DNA of 64,000 bases. Source: a bacterium (GTDB lineage: Bacteria; Patescibacteriota; CPR2; UBA1875; JAJYID01). Where the stretch lies: positions 556,321-620,320 of the forward strand of contig JAJYLR010000001.1 in the NCBI GenBank assembly GCA_021787535.1, written 5' to 3'. The position numbers and the translations under genes are program-made. How positions within the stretch are numbered: the stretch's first letter is position 1; each line of letters starts with the position of its first letter. Below the pieces are notes generated by a model. It searched no databases. It saw nothing but the letters and a program-made list of their open reading frames with translations, and was not told the DNA's origin. Below, one piece after another: positions 20,982 through 30,578 of this stretch.

Positions 20982-21388
20982 AAACTTACCTGATTCTTAA
21001 TTTGCTCAAATTTACTTTCTCCGATTCCCGGCACTTTTTTCAAATCTTCCAGTACTTTAAATAATCCGTTTTGGTTGCGCCAATCAATGATTTTTTGTGC
21101 CGTTGCCGGACCGATGCCCTGTAGCTTATCTAAATCTTGCAAATCGGCGGTGTTTATATTAATTTTTGCCGTCATTCTGGCTTGTCCAGAATCTGTCTGC
21201 CCGCCCTTTACTTCAGAATTTGTCTGAATGTCAGTCTTTTGCGGCTGGACAATTTTAATCGGCTCTTTGCCGTCATCCGAATATTTAATAAAGAGCAGTC
21301 CTGTCCCGCCGATAATACCGATCACCAGTAAAATGCCTATGTTATTATAGATTCTCTGTCTTCTATCCTTTTTTTGATCTTGATCCAT
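20978..21388 (-). CDS. comEA: ComEA family helix-hairpin-helix DNA-binding protein
   Basis: N-terminal TM; ININTA, LQGIGPATA and VPGIG HhH motifs; start approximate. Confidence 0.9.
   Translation of the reverse strand: MDQDQKKDRRQRIYNNIGILLVIGIIGGTGLLFIKYSDDGKEPIKIVQPQKTDIQTNSEVKGGQTDSGQARMTAKININTADLQDLDKLQGIGPATAQKIIDWRNQNGLFKVLEDLKKVPGIGESKFEQIKNQVSL
21171..21193 (-). repeat. In-frame REP-like repeat inside comEA (encodes DSGQARMT)
   Basis: gtcattctggcttgtccagaatc is identical to 18031-18053 and 55912-55934. Confidence 0.93.
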
Positions 21389-21428
21389 AAAACCTTTAAT
21401 ATTCAATGCCGAAAACATGGTACGGACA

Positions 21429-22019
21429 TCAGTCTCCCTCGCCCTTCTTTGTATTTTTGATTAATCCGCCGTGACCGGGAATGATGTAGTCCGCCACTTT
21501 TAATATCTTCAAGCGGCTCTTCACCAAGTCTTCCTGGGTGTTGGCATACGGATCTTCCTCGGGAGTAAAATCCTCGTACCACCAGAGATCGCCCGCCACA
21601 CAGACCAGTCCGATATCAGTTCGAACCAGAAGCGAAGCATGAATGTCTCCGCCATGGCCGGGAGTGGCAACCATTTTGACATCCGGCGTAATATCAATCT
21701 CTTCATCGCTTGAGTGAAACCTATGCTCATCTCCTCTATGATATCCCCACCTGTCCATAATGGTCGCATTTTCAAAGACGGCCCGGTTCATGGAGTGGTC
21801 TAAGTGCTCGTGAGTGGTAAAAACTAAGTTAATATCTGAAATAGTCAGTCCGAAGTCGCCAAGAGCAAAAATATACATGCCGATCGACTGATGTGAGCCC
21901 GGGTCTACAATGATATTCTTATCCCGATCGCGAACCAGCGTGCAAGTGCAGGCATATTTATGAAATTGCTGATTCAGCTCTTTGTTATAACCCTTGATTA
22001 AAACGTCAACTTGTGCCAT
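21429..22019 (-). CDS. MBL-fold metallo-hydrolase
   Basis: THEHLDH, TPGH, AGD and IPGHG motifs. Confidence 0.92.
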   Translation of the reverse strand: MAQVDVLIKGYNKELNQQFHKYACTCTLVRDRDKNIIVDPGSHQSIGMYIFALGDFGLTISDINLVFTTHEHLDHSMNRAVFENATIMDRWGYHRGDEHRFHSSDEEIDITPDVKMVATPGHGGDIHASLLVRTDIGLVCVAGDLWWYEDFTPEEDPYANTQEDLVKSRLKILKVADYIIPGHGGLIKNTKKGEGD

Positions 22020-22418
22020 TTATACTCCTACTTTCTCTATTTCCTTAATATCTTCAAATTCTATCACTTTATCCGCCATTTCGCGTAAAAATGTAGTTTC
22101 GATTCCTTTTCGGATAAACAAAACTACCTTTTTCTTCTTTACCAGCGCGTATCCGAATTCGATTAACATGCCTTCGCTCTTTGTTTCAGAATTAACAAAA
22201 GTGAAAACCAGATCTGCTCTATCCAATTCCCTAAATGCATATTCCAAAAGTTTTTTGTTTGAGTAATTATTTTCCTTAAAAAACCCGCTCTTGCTTTCCC
22301 AGTAAGTACAGAAAACTTCATGGCCGGCTTCTTTCAAACCAGAACAAATAGTTTTAATATTTCGGTCAAGCTCAGCCGAATCTTCACCCGTAAATCTGTA
22401 TGACACAAATATTCTCAT
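22020..22418 (-). CDS. Nucleoside 2-deoxyribosyltransferase-like protein
   Basis: N-terminal IFVS and SEGMLIEFGYA (SxGxxxExGYA) motif. Confidence 0.75.
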   Translation of the reverse strand: MRIFVSYRFTGEDSAELDRNIKTICSGLKEAGHEVFCTYWESKSGFFKENNYSNKKLLEYAFRELDRADLVFTFVNSETKSEGMLIEFGYALVKKKKVVLFIRKGIETTFLREMADKVIEFEDIKEIEKVGV

Positions 22419-22705
22419 TCAGCTTTAAATCCGATGTTTTGATCAGGTTCCTGAGCCGCTTCGATCTTCCCGAACTGATCCTCGTATTTTTTTACGTTAT
22501 CTTTAAGAGCATTTAAGATTCTTTTCGCATGACCGGGACTGGTGAAAACTCTGGAAACTAATGACCCTTGCGGTGGAAACACATTCAAAAAATCGAGCAC
22601 AAACTCTTCTTTGGTATGTCCAATAATTAAATTATTTGTGTAGACACCTTTCGCCGTCTGATCATCAGCTTTGATTTGTATTTGTTGTTGTGGCTGCTGA
22701 TTCAT
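22415..22705 (-). CDS. DUF3467-like protein
   Basis: GVYTN...EEFVLDF...SPGHAKR...YEDQFG pattern. Confidence 0.8.
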   Translation of the reverse strand: MNQQPQQQIQIKADDQTAKGVYTNNLIIGHTKEEFVLDFLNVFPPQGSLVSRVFTSPGHAKRILNALKDNVKKYEDQFGKIEAAQEPDQNIGFKAE

Positions 22706-22818
22706 TTTTTATTCTCCTTTTTAAAATTATACCCCAAAAACCCCTTTTTTATAAGCCCTATGCAAAAGGACCGGTGTCGATATACCGGCCCTTTGATTTT
22801 TATAGGAGACTTGAGTTG

Positions 22819-23400
22819 CTAAGCAAGCTTGCTCAGGTAAGCCCGTAGCTCTGTTCTCCTCAGACCCGGAAGCCGCCACCCGAAACGACTGTTCACTTTT
22901 AAAGTAAACCGATCACTCCAGATAACCTTCGACCGAACCTTGAACTTGGCTCCCGTCATGTAATGGCTGATGTGACTGGGATCGAAAAAGTCGAATGTCT
23001 TTTTATGAATGATGCGAACATGTGTTGGGTCAAGCGTAGCATTTGGATGCTTCCAGAATGGTACTCTTACCTCCGCCACCCCATGCGTCCCAAGGATTCT
23101 ATAAACCTCCTCAAAGAAAGCATAGAATCCATCTCCCGGAACCCCCGGAATTGCATGAGGGATATGCTCCGCCAGATGGCTTATCAGGATCTGGTCAAAA
23201 TACGAGTCAGGAAGATCCCATGGAAAGCTAAAGGCATCGAAGTGCTGATCCGCCCTTACCTCAGGGGAAAGGTCTACATTCAGCCAACCTGCATGATAAT
23301 CATTTCCGCACCCTAGGTTGAGTAGCCGAGGTAAAGATGGAGTAACGCGGTTCTCGCTAATGGAAACAACTTGACTCTCTTTGGTAGCCACAGAAGCCAC
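22819..23400 (-). CDS. Class I SAM-dependent methyltransferase
   Basis: LNLGCG, NVD, SHLAEH and DPTH motifs; GTG start with AGGAG RBS. Confidence 0.85.
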   Translation of the reverse strand: MASVATKESQVVSISENRVTPSLPRLLNLGCGNDYHAGWLNVDLSPEVRADQHFDAFSFPWDLPDSYFDQILISHLAEHIPHAIPGVPGDGFYAFFEEVYRILGTHGVAEVRVPFWKHPNATLDPTHVRIIHKKTFDFFDPSHISHYMTGAKFKVRSKVIWSDRFTLKVNSRFGWRLPGLRRTELRAYLSKLA

Positions 23401-23464
23401 CTCCTTTTAATAGTTGAATGAGCGCCCCACCTTAAGTTTTTTATATTATACAGTAACACAAGAG

Positions 23465-25516
23465 TTATTCCAAACTTGCTACCCCGTCATATTTTTTAAT
23501 TTTCTCATCAAGCAGCGGAAAATCGTCTAGGTTATTCTTTTCGAGGAATTTTTTGGCCTCGGTTTTGGTACGTTTGATTAGTTCCACATTCATCAAGTTT
23601 TTAGTGTTTATATCAGGAAGGCCATGCTGGCGTTCACCGAGAACTTCACCCGGCCCGCGGATTTCCAGATCTTTTTCTGCTATTTCAAACCCATTGCTTG
23701 TTTTAGTTATCGCATCCAGTCTCTTTTCAACTGTTTCCGACCGGCTATCAGTAAAAAGGAAACAATAAGATTGAAATTTACCCCGTCCGACCCGGCCGCG
23801 AAACTGGTGAAGTTGGGCCAGACCAAACCTGTCCGCGCCTTCGATGATCATAATAGTCGCATTCGGCACATCGACGCCAACTTCGACTAGTGAGGTGGAT
23901 ATTAAAATATTCGTCTTGCCTCCGGCAAAGCCATTCATGGTTTTTTCTTTTTCTTCCGGCCGCATTTTGCCATGTAGCATGGCGATCTTTAGATCAGGAA
24001 ATATCATTCTAGAGAGCCGCTCATATTCTGCCGTTACGCTTTTTAGCTCCATCATTTCCGAGTCGTCAATTAATGGGCATATAACGAATATTTGCCGGCC
24101 TTTTTTCACCTCTCGGCGCATAAACTCATATGAATCCTCTTTCTTCTCGGGAGGAATGACAAATGTCCCGACTTTCTTTCTGCCCGGAGGCATCTCATCG
24201 ATAATCGAAATATCAAGGTCGCCGTAAACCCCAAGCGTTAAAGTTCTGGGGATCGGTGTGGCCGACATTGAAAGAAAATGCGGCATCGTGCCATCTGAGC
24301 CGCTTCTTTTTTTGAGAGCCGATCTCTGGCTAACCCCGAAACGATGCTGTTCGTCAACGATGACAAATGCCAGATTCCAAAACTCAACCTCTTCTTTTAA
24401 AACCGCATGAGTGCCGACCAGAACCTGCACTTCCCCTTCCTTTAATCTCTTTAAAATGTGTTTTCTTTCCGATTTTTTAGTTTTTCCAGTTAGAAGCTCG
24501 ACATCGACCTCAAAAGGTTCAAGCATTTTTTTCAAGCCCTCATAATGCTGGGTGGCCAGGATTTCAGTCGGCGCTATAAAAGCGGTCTGAAAACCGTCCG
24601 AGGCAACCATGAGAGCCGCCATAGCCGCCACCACGGTTTTGCCTGAACCGACATCCCCTTCCAGCAATCTGTTCATGGGGACAGGCCTCTCCAAATCCCG
24701 AATAATTTCCCAAGCCGACTTTTTCTGGGCATTTGTCAGCTTAAAACCGAGAGATTTCACAAAACTTTTCGAAAGATCTTCGTTAAATCGGATAGCTATC
24801 GCTCTGTTTTGGTCTAGCGCTTTCCGCTGGTTCAAAATAGCAACCTGAAGCAGGAACATTTCATCAAAGTTTAGACGGTCTCGAGCTCTTTCCAGTTGGA
24901 ATGAATTATCTGGAAAGTGAAGCTGGCGGATCATGGCCGAGTAACCGATCAAACCCTGGCGCTTTAGAACCTCCGCCGGCAGATATTCTTTGAGCGAATA
25001 GATAACTTTAACAAGTTTAGACATCTCATTTCTGAGCCATTTCGAGCTTAAACCCTCCGTTTCTTTATAGACCGGGATAATTTTTCCCAGATGTTTTTGC
25101 TTGTCTGACTTTTTTTCGTAAGCCGGAGACATCATCTGAGCCGTACCGAAGTTGTTTTCCACTCTTCCGGCCAGAAGCACCTCATCGCCCTGCTTCATAT
25201 TTTTTATAAGGAATGGCTGATTAAACCAGACAGCTTTTAGAGTCCCTGTTTTATCGGCGATAATCGCTTCTGTGATCGTCATTCTTTTGCGAGCCGAGCG
25301 TTTGTTGCCGATACTCCAAATACTGCCTTCTACGCAATATGCGCCCGGCGGCCGCACCTCGGCGATGGATGTGATTTTCGAGAAATCCTCCCACTTTCTA
25401 GGTAAATACAAAAGCAGATCCTCGACTGTCTCTACGCCGAGTTTTGCCAGTTTCTCCTGATATTTTGAGCCCACCCCCTGGAGTTCAGTTACTTTTGTTT
25501 TGAGAGTAATAGTCAT
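23465..25516 (-). CDS. recG: ATP-dependent DNA helicase RecG
   Basis: GDVGSGKT, DEQHRFG, SATPIPRT and QFRGRVGRG motifs. Confidence 0.98.
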   Translation of the reverse strand: MTITLKTKVTELQGVGSKYQEKLAKLGVETVEDLLLYLPRKWEDFSKITSIAEVRPPGAYCVEGSIWSIGNKRSARKRMTITEAIIADKTGTLKAVWFNQPFLIKNMKQGDEVLLAGRVENNFGTAQMMSPAYEKKSDKQKHLGKIIPVYKETEGLSSKWLRNEMSKLVKVIYSLKEYLPAEVLKRQGLIGYSAMIRQLHFPDNSFQLERARDRLNFDEMFLLQVAILNQRKALDQNRAIAIRFNEDLSKSFVKSLGFKLTNAQKKSAWEIIRDLERPVPMNRLLEGDVGSGKTVVAAMAALMVASDGFQTAFIAPTEILATQHYEGLKKMLEPFEVDVELLTGKTKKSERKHILKRLKEGEVQVLVGTHAVLKEEVEFWNLAFVIVDEQHRFGVSQRSALKKRSGSDGTMPHFLSMSATPIPRTLTLGVYGDLDISIIDEMPPGRKKVGTFVIPPEKKEDSYEFMRREVKKGRQIFVICPLIDDSEMMELKSVTAEYERLSRMIFPDLKIAMLHGKMRPEEKEKTMNGFAGGKTNILISTSLVEVGVDVPNATIMIIEGADRFGLAQLHQFRGRVGRGKFQSYCFLFTDSRSETVEKRLDAITKTSNGFEIAEKDLEIRGPGEVLGERQHGLPDINTKNLMNVELIKRTKTEAKKFLEKNNLDDFPLLDEKIKKYDGVASLE

Positions 25517-25519
25517 TTT

Positions 25520-25563
25520 AATTTCCAATTACCAATATCCAATGACCAATCAAGTTCCAATTT
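25520..25563. repeat. Degenerate heptamer (AATNNCC) repeat tract
   Basis: aatttcc-aattacc-aatatcc-aatgacc-aatcaagttccaatt. Confidence 0.75.
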
Positions 25564-25586
25564 TTTAATTTAATAATTGAAAAATG

Positions 25587-25713
25587 TGTCATTCCGACTG
25601 ACACCACGCCAGTGGCGAATGGAGGAATCCTTTTCCTCTAGTAACTTACCAACTTATAAACTCTTTCAAGGGATTTCTCGACTCGTCGCTCCGCGAAGTC
25701 GTTCGAAATGACA
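25587..25713. repeat. Inverted pair of long-loop GTCATTC...GAATC repeats
   Basis: tgtcattccgac...ggaggaatcc (25587-25630) and gggatttctcgactcgtcgctccgcgaagtcgttcgaaatgaca (25670-25713). Confidence 0.88.
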
Positions 25714-25736
25714 AAGCAGGGATGACTATTTGGTTA

Positions 25737-26924
25737 TTAGCCATTTAATTCTATAAACCTTCTTTTCCCGACTTGCACGACATGCTTTCCTAAATCTAAT
25801 GCGTAATCGATATCAGTAACAGTTCTGTCATTGTCTTTGACGCCGTTTTGCTGAATCAGGCGCCTTGCTTCGGATTTTGAACTAATAATTTTCGCATTAA
25901 CCAAAATGTCGACCAGCTTATCGCCTTTTTTGAAACTCGCTTTTGGCATCTCTGATGGCTTTTCTTTATTTTTAAATATTTTTTCAAACTCTGCCGCCGC
26001 TTTCTCAGCTTCCTTCTCGCCGTGATATAAGGAAACAATATCTTTTGCTAGCTGGAATTTTAAATCTCTTGGGTTTTCACCGTCTTTTAAATCTTTTTCA
26101 ATTTTTTTAACCTCTTCATCGGTTCTATCCGTACAAAGCGTAAAATACTGGACGATCAGCTCATCTTTAATGCTCATCACTTTCCCGAACATATCGTTTG
26201 CCGGATCGGTAACACCGATAACATTTCCATAGCTTTTGCTCATTTTCCGCCCGTCTGTGCCAACAAGCAAAGGCACAGTTAATACCTGCTTTTCCTTTCC
26301 CTTGAGAGCTTTCATGAGAGTCCTTCCGGCTAGCATATTAAATGTTTGGTCGGTTCCTCCCATTTCCACGTCTACATCCAGAGCCACCGAGTCATACCCG
26401 ACCATTAAAGGATAGAGAAACTCATGAAGACCGATCGGTTTACCCCCTTTCAGCCGCTCTTGGAACATATCCCTCTCTATCATCTGCTGAACTGTAAAGT
26501 TTGCGGCAAGTTTTACGACATCTTCAAATTTCAGTTGATCGAGCCACTCGGCATTGTATCTGATCTCCGCTTTTTTGATATCTAAAATTTTTCCCGCTTG
26601 ATCAAGATATGTCTTAGCATTTTCCAGAACTTCTTTCTCAGTCAAAGGCACTCTCTGTGCCTTTTTATCTGTCGGGTCGCCAATTCTTCCCGTAAAGTCT
26701 CCTATTAGAAAAATAACTTGATGGCCGAGATCCTGAAATTCTTTCAGCTTTCTAAGTCCCACTGCATGACCGATGTGGATGACGGGACTTGACGGATCAA
26801 CACCTATATAAATTCTTAGATTTTTACCTGAAAGAAGCGCTTTTTTAAGATCCTTTCTGACGATCACTTCCGACACATTTCTCGTCAGGAGATGTTCAAC
26901 TGCTTCTTCGTTTGTATTTACCAT
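25737..26924 (-). CDS. tyrS: Tyrosine--tRNA ligase
   Basis: HIGH and KMSKS motifs; C-terminal S4-like domain; start placed at 26924. Confidence 0.97.
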   Translation of the reverse strand: MVNTNEEAVEHLLTRNVSEVIVRKDLKKALLSGKNLRIYIGVDPSSPVIHIGHAVGLRKLKEFQDLGHQVIFLIGDFTGRIGDPTDKKAQRVPLTEKEVLENAKTYLDQAGKILDIKKAEIRYNAEWLDQLKFEDVVKLAANFTVQQMIERDMFQERLKGGKPIGLHEFLYPLMVGYDSVALDVDVEMGGTDQTFNMLAGRTLMKALKGKEKQVLTVPLLVGTDGRKMSKSYGNVIGVTDPANDMFGKVMSIKDELIVQYFTLCTDRTDEEVKKIEKDLKDGENPRDLKFQLAKDIVSLYHGEKEAEKAAAEFEKIFKNKEKPSEMPKASFKKGDKLVDILVNAKIISSKSEARRLIQQNGVKDNDRTVTDIDYALDLGKHVVQVGKRRFIELNG

Positions 26925-27029
26925 TTCAAAACCCTTTTCTGATTTAATAAAAACTTGTTCAATTATACTTTCTTTTTTGCTATAATTCAATGCACTACCA
27001 GTAATAAGAAATTTTTACTTTTCAAATAA

Positions 27030-29633
27030 ATGGCTAGAAGAAGATACAAAAGCAGAAGAACTGCTTTCCGAAACCCTAGAAGCAGAAAAACAGTTAAAAA
27101 TCCTTTCAGGCAATACGGCATCATTGCCGGCTCAAAGGAGTTTTTGCTAAATCTTTTTACTACAAAAGAAGGATGGAAAAAGATTGGAATTGGCGCTGGT
27201 ATTCTCGTGGGGCTTATTATACTTCTGGCCGCCTGGTACGCCAAAGACCTGCCCTCTCCGAGTAAAATTAACTCTAAAGTTTCCGCGCAATCGACTCAGA
27301 TATTTGATCGCAACGGCAAGATTCTCTATGAAGTGCATGGAAATGAAAATAGAATCTTAGTTGACTGGAACCAAATACCCAATAATGTCAAAAACGCTAC
27401 CATAGCCGTGGAAGATAAAAATTTTTACCACGAGCCGGGCTTTGACGTGAAAAGAATTGTCGGCGCCTTCATTTATGACATCATTCACAGCGATAAAAGC
27501 CAGGGCGGCAGTACTATTACACAGCAGTATGTGAAAAATGCTCTGCTTTCAAACGAGAAATCAATTTCCAGAAAGATTAAGGAAATGATGCTGTCAGTAA
27601 TGATTGAGCAGATGTATTCGAAAGATGATATTTTGAAAATGTATTTAAACGAAATCCCATACGGATCAAACGCATATGGCATACAGGTTGCCGCCAAAAC
27701 TTATTTCAATAAAGATGCGAAGGATCTGGATTTGGCTCAGTCGGCAACACTCGCAGCACTGCCCAATGCACCGACTTACTATTCCCCTTACGGCCAGCAC
27801 AAAGATGAGCTCATGAAGCGAAAAGATATGATTCTCGATCTTATGGCTGATCAAAAATATATTACCCAAGCTCAGGCAGATGCAGCCAAAAAAGAACAGC
27901 TTGTTTTCTCAAATAATCCGTATGGATCTATTACCGCTCCGCATTTCGTCATGTATGTCAAACAAAAGCTGATAGAAAAATACGGTGAAAATACTGTTAA
28001 CACCGGCGGACTGAAAGTTTACACCACTTTAGATCTGGATAAACAAAAATTAGCTGAAGAAGCTGTCGCCAAATATGCCGGCAAAAATGCAAAAAGCTAT
28101 AATGCCACTAATGAATCGCTTGTTGCCGAAGATCCCAAAACCGGACAAGTCTTAGCTATGGTTGGCAGCAAAGATTTCTTTGATACAAAAATCGACGGCA
28201 ATGTTAACGTTGCGATAAGCGGCCGCCAGCCGGGTTCGTCATTTAAACCATATGTTTATGCAACGCTCTTTAAGTCAGAAAACTGGGGTGCAGGCAGCAC
28301 TATTTATGATGTTAAGACTGACTTCGGCGGAGGATACATTCCCGCGAATTATGAAGGCAACTTTATGGGTCCGCAATCCATTCGATCTGCTCTCCAGGGA
28401 TCCAGAAATATCCCAGCAGTAAAAGCTATTTATATGGCAGGTGTTAATAATTCAATCGCTACTGCCAAAAGCATGGGTATTACGACTCTTGGTGATTCAT
28501 CCCAATATGGCCTCTCGCTTGTGTTGGGAGCGGGCAATGTCACACTCTTAGACCATACGAGCGCCTATGGCGTTTTTGCAGACGGAGGTGTCAAGCATGA
28601 TTCTACTGTGTTTCTAAAAATCGAAGATGCTAGCGGCAAAACATTAGAACAATATAAGGATTCTTCCGGCCAGAGAGTGTTGGACCCTCAGGTTGCATAC
28701 CTAATGAGTAATATTCTCTCCGATGACCCGGCCCGGGGATATGTTTTCGGACGAGGAGGTTATTTAACTTTAAATGGCCGTCAAGTTGCCGCAAAAACAG
28801 GCACAACCGATAACTTTAAGGATGGATGGACTATGGGTTATACGCCTTCTCTTGTCACTGGAGTTTGGGCGGGAAACAGTGACGGCACTCCGATGAAATG
28901 GGGCTCAGACGGATATTATGTAGCGGCGCCGATTTGGCACGAGTTTATGAGCAAAGCTCTCGCCGGTACAAGAGTTGAACAGTTCTCGAGGCCTTCAGGT
29001 ATTAAAACCGTAACTTTAGACGCCATCACCGGCAAAAAACCAACCTCAGCCACAAAAGAGGCCAGAACTGATATTTTCCCCAGCTGGTACCAAGTCCCTT
29101 CAAGCGATGCCGGCAGTACTTACAAAATTGATAAGACAAACGGACTGCTAGCCACAGATAGCTGCCCCGCCGACCTTGTACAGATCGTAACCAGAAGTAA
29201 TGCTTTAACGGCCGAGATTCCCAAAAGCGACCCGGCGTATCAGAGATGGTTTGCGCCTATCGCCGCTTGGGCCCAAGGACACGGATATTCGATAAGCGAT
29301 AACTCGCCGCCAACCCAAGTTTCACCAAATTGTAGCGCATCTCAGAATACTTCAAACAATTTAGAAATAAATATCACAGACCCGGCTGACGGCTCTAATG
29401 TCACAAGCCCTACCGTGATCGATATGTATGCCAGCGCTTCGGGCGGTATAGATTCTGTCACTGTTACTGTCGATAATCAGACCAGTTACTTGGCTTCTCA
29501 AATGGCAAATGGCAACGGTTATACGGCCAATATCCCGATCGCGAATGGTAATCACACAATCTTTGCCACATTAAAGGACAAAAACGGCAATACCAAACAA
29601 TCATCAACCATCACCGTCAATGTCCAGCATTAA
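27030..29633 (+). CDS. Class A penicillin-binding protein (transglycosylase/transpeptidase)
   Basis: EDKNFYH, GGSTITQQ, SSFK, SRN and KTGT motifs; C-terminal Ig-like domain. Confidence 0.96.
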   Translation: MARRRYKSRRTAFRNPRSRKTVKNPFRQYGIIAGSKEFLLNLFTTKEGWKKIGIGAGILVGLIILLAAWYAKDLPSPSKINSKVSAQSTQIFDRNGKILYEVHGNENRILVDWNQIPNNVKNATIAVEDKNFYHEPGFDVKRIVGAFIYDIIHSDKSQGGSTITQQYVKNALLSNEKSISRKIKEMMLSVMIEQMYSKDDILKMYLNEIPYGSNAYGIQVAAKTYFNKDAKDLDLAQSATLAALPNAPTYYSPYGQHKDELMKRKDMILDLMADQKYITQAQADAAKKEQLVFSNNPYGSITAPHFVMYVKQKLIEKYGENTVNTGGLKVYTTLDLDKQKLAEEAVAKYAGKNAKSYNATNESLVAEDPKTGQVLAMVGSKDFFDTKIDGNVNVAISGRQPGSSFKPYVYATLFKSENWGAGSTIYDVKTDFGGGYIPANYEGNFMGPQSIRSALQGSRNIPAVKAIYMAGVNNSIATAKSMGITTLGDSSQYGLSLVLGAGNVTLLDHTSAYGVFADGGVKHDSTVFLKIEDASGKTLEQYKDSSGQRVLDPQVAYLMSNILSDDPARGYVFGRGGYLTLNGRQVAAKTGTTDNFKDGWTMGYTPSLVTGVWAGNSDGTPMKWGSDGYYVAAPIWHEFMSKALAGTRVEQFSRPSGIKTVTLDAITGKKPTSATKEARTDIFPSWYQVPSSDAGSTYKIDKTNGLLATDSCPADLVQIVTRSNALTAEIPKSDPAYQRWFAPIAAWAQGHGYSISDNSPPTQVSPNCSASQNTSNNLEINITDPADGSNVTSPTVIDMYASASGGIDSVTVTVDNQTSYLASQMANGNGYTANIPIANGNHTIFATLKDKNGNTKQSSTITVNVQH

Positions 29634-29673
29634 AGTTGTTGTGATGTTTCTCTTTTTGCAATAAAATGTCTTT

Positions 29674-29970
29674 GTATAGTCGGGTAAGCCAGATTTCTTA
29701 AATTTTTAGTGGAGGGCTCCGCTTTCCCGGCTAGACTGAAAGATGACGATGCCATGGCTAGGACATTCCGAGCAGTTCGGCCTTGGCGAACAAAAAGAAG
29801 CCGAGGCATTTGCTGCTTACAGTTCAAGCCCTATCCGAGTCTTTCTGTTCGATGCAAAGGAGAGATCTTTTCTTTCGGAAGCTGCCCAAAAGTAGGCATC
29901 CGATATCTAGGGAAAGGTTGGAGTCGGGTGTGAAGTTCTTCTAGAAGGGCTTCTCATCCGGCTTCTTGTA
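29674..29970 (+). ncRNA. Candidate structured RNA of about 295 nt between convergent genes
   Basis: TTGTGA-17-TAAAAT upstream; several helices with plus-strand G-U pairs; long 3' hairpin at 29921-29964. Confidence 0.45.
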
Positions 29971-29976
29971 TTTATT

Positions 29977-30054
29977 AAAAGGACATTCCTTGTCATTGTA
30001 ACAACCGAAAAAGGACATTCCTTACTTTCGCATTTTGCAAGGTGTGTCCTTTTC
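29977..30054. repeat. AAGG-N5-CCTT micro-palindrome cluster
   Basis: aaaaggacattcctt twice (29977, 30009) plus inverted aaggtgtgtcctttt (30039). Confidence 0.75.
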
Positions 30055-30177
30055 TTATTATAATTGCTTGATATGCTGGATTACTTCGCTTGTTATAATT
30101 GTTGAAGTTGTATTAAAGAAGGTCGAACCTCACCTCTAACGAGGTTCAATCTTCACAGAAAAAATTATTTTTCATCG

Positions 30178-30558
30178 CTACATTTCCCAGTATGGGATAA
30201 GATCATTCAGCCTAACTTTAAAAGGTCCATTTTCTTTCTTGAGAATCACATAAGGATTTCCAAACTGTCTTATCATTTCCCTACACTTTCCGCAAGGCGG
30301 TAAAATTTGTCCTTCTGAAGTCACGGCTACTATTGTTTCTATTTCTTGGTCGGCCTTTGAGTGCATTTTTCCTATTGCCGCATACTCAGCACACATCGAA
30401 CACGGACTTGAATGTATCTGTTCGATATTGACTCCTGTATAAATTTCGCCGTTAGTTGTCATTAAGGCAGACCCAACAGTAGAAAGATCGCTCTTTCTTT
30501 TTTTTATTAGCTTTTCTGCGATACTCATCAACTCTTTATCTTGATCATTAATTTCCAT
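30178..30558 (-). CDS. Cytidine deaminase family protein
   Basis: GVNIE, CAE and PPCGKCRE motifs. Confidence 0.9.
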   Translation of the reverse strand: MEINDQDKELMSIAEKLIKKRKSDLSTVGSALMTTNGEIYTGVNIEQIHSSPCSMCAEYAAIGKMHSKADQEIETIVAVTSEGQILPPCGKCREMIRQFGNPYVILKKENGPFKVRLNDLIPYWEM

Positions 30559-30578
30559 ATTTCGGATTATAGCACAAA

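Noticed and set aside
24153-24162. Repeat-like ggaatgac in recG (also gtcattc at 25278)
   Set aside because: Only the short end motif is present with no partner arm, so it is explained by ordinary codons.
29977-30054. CRISPR array
   Set aside because: Only two 15-nt direct copies with a short spacer, and no cas genes.
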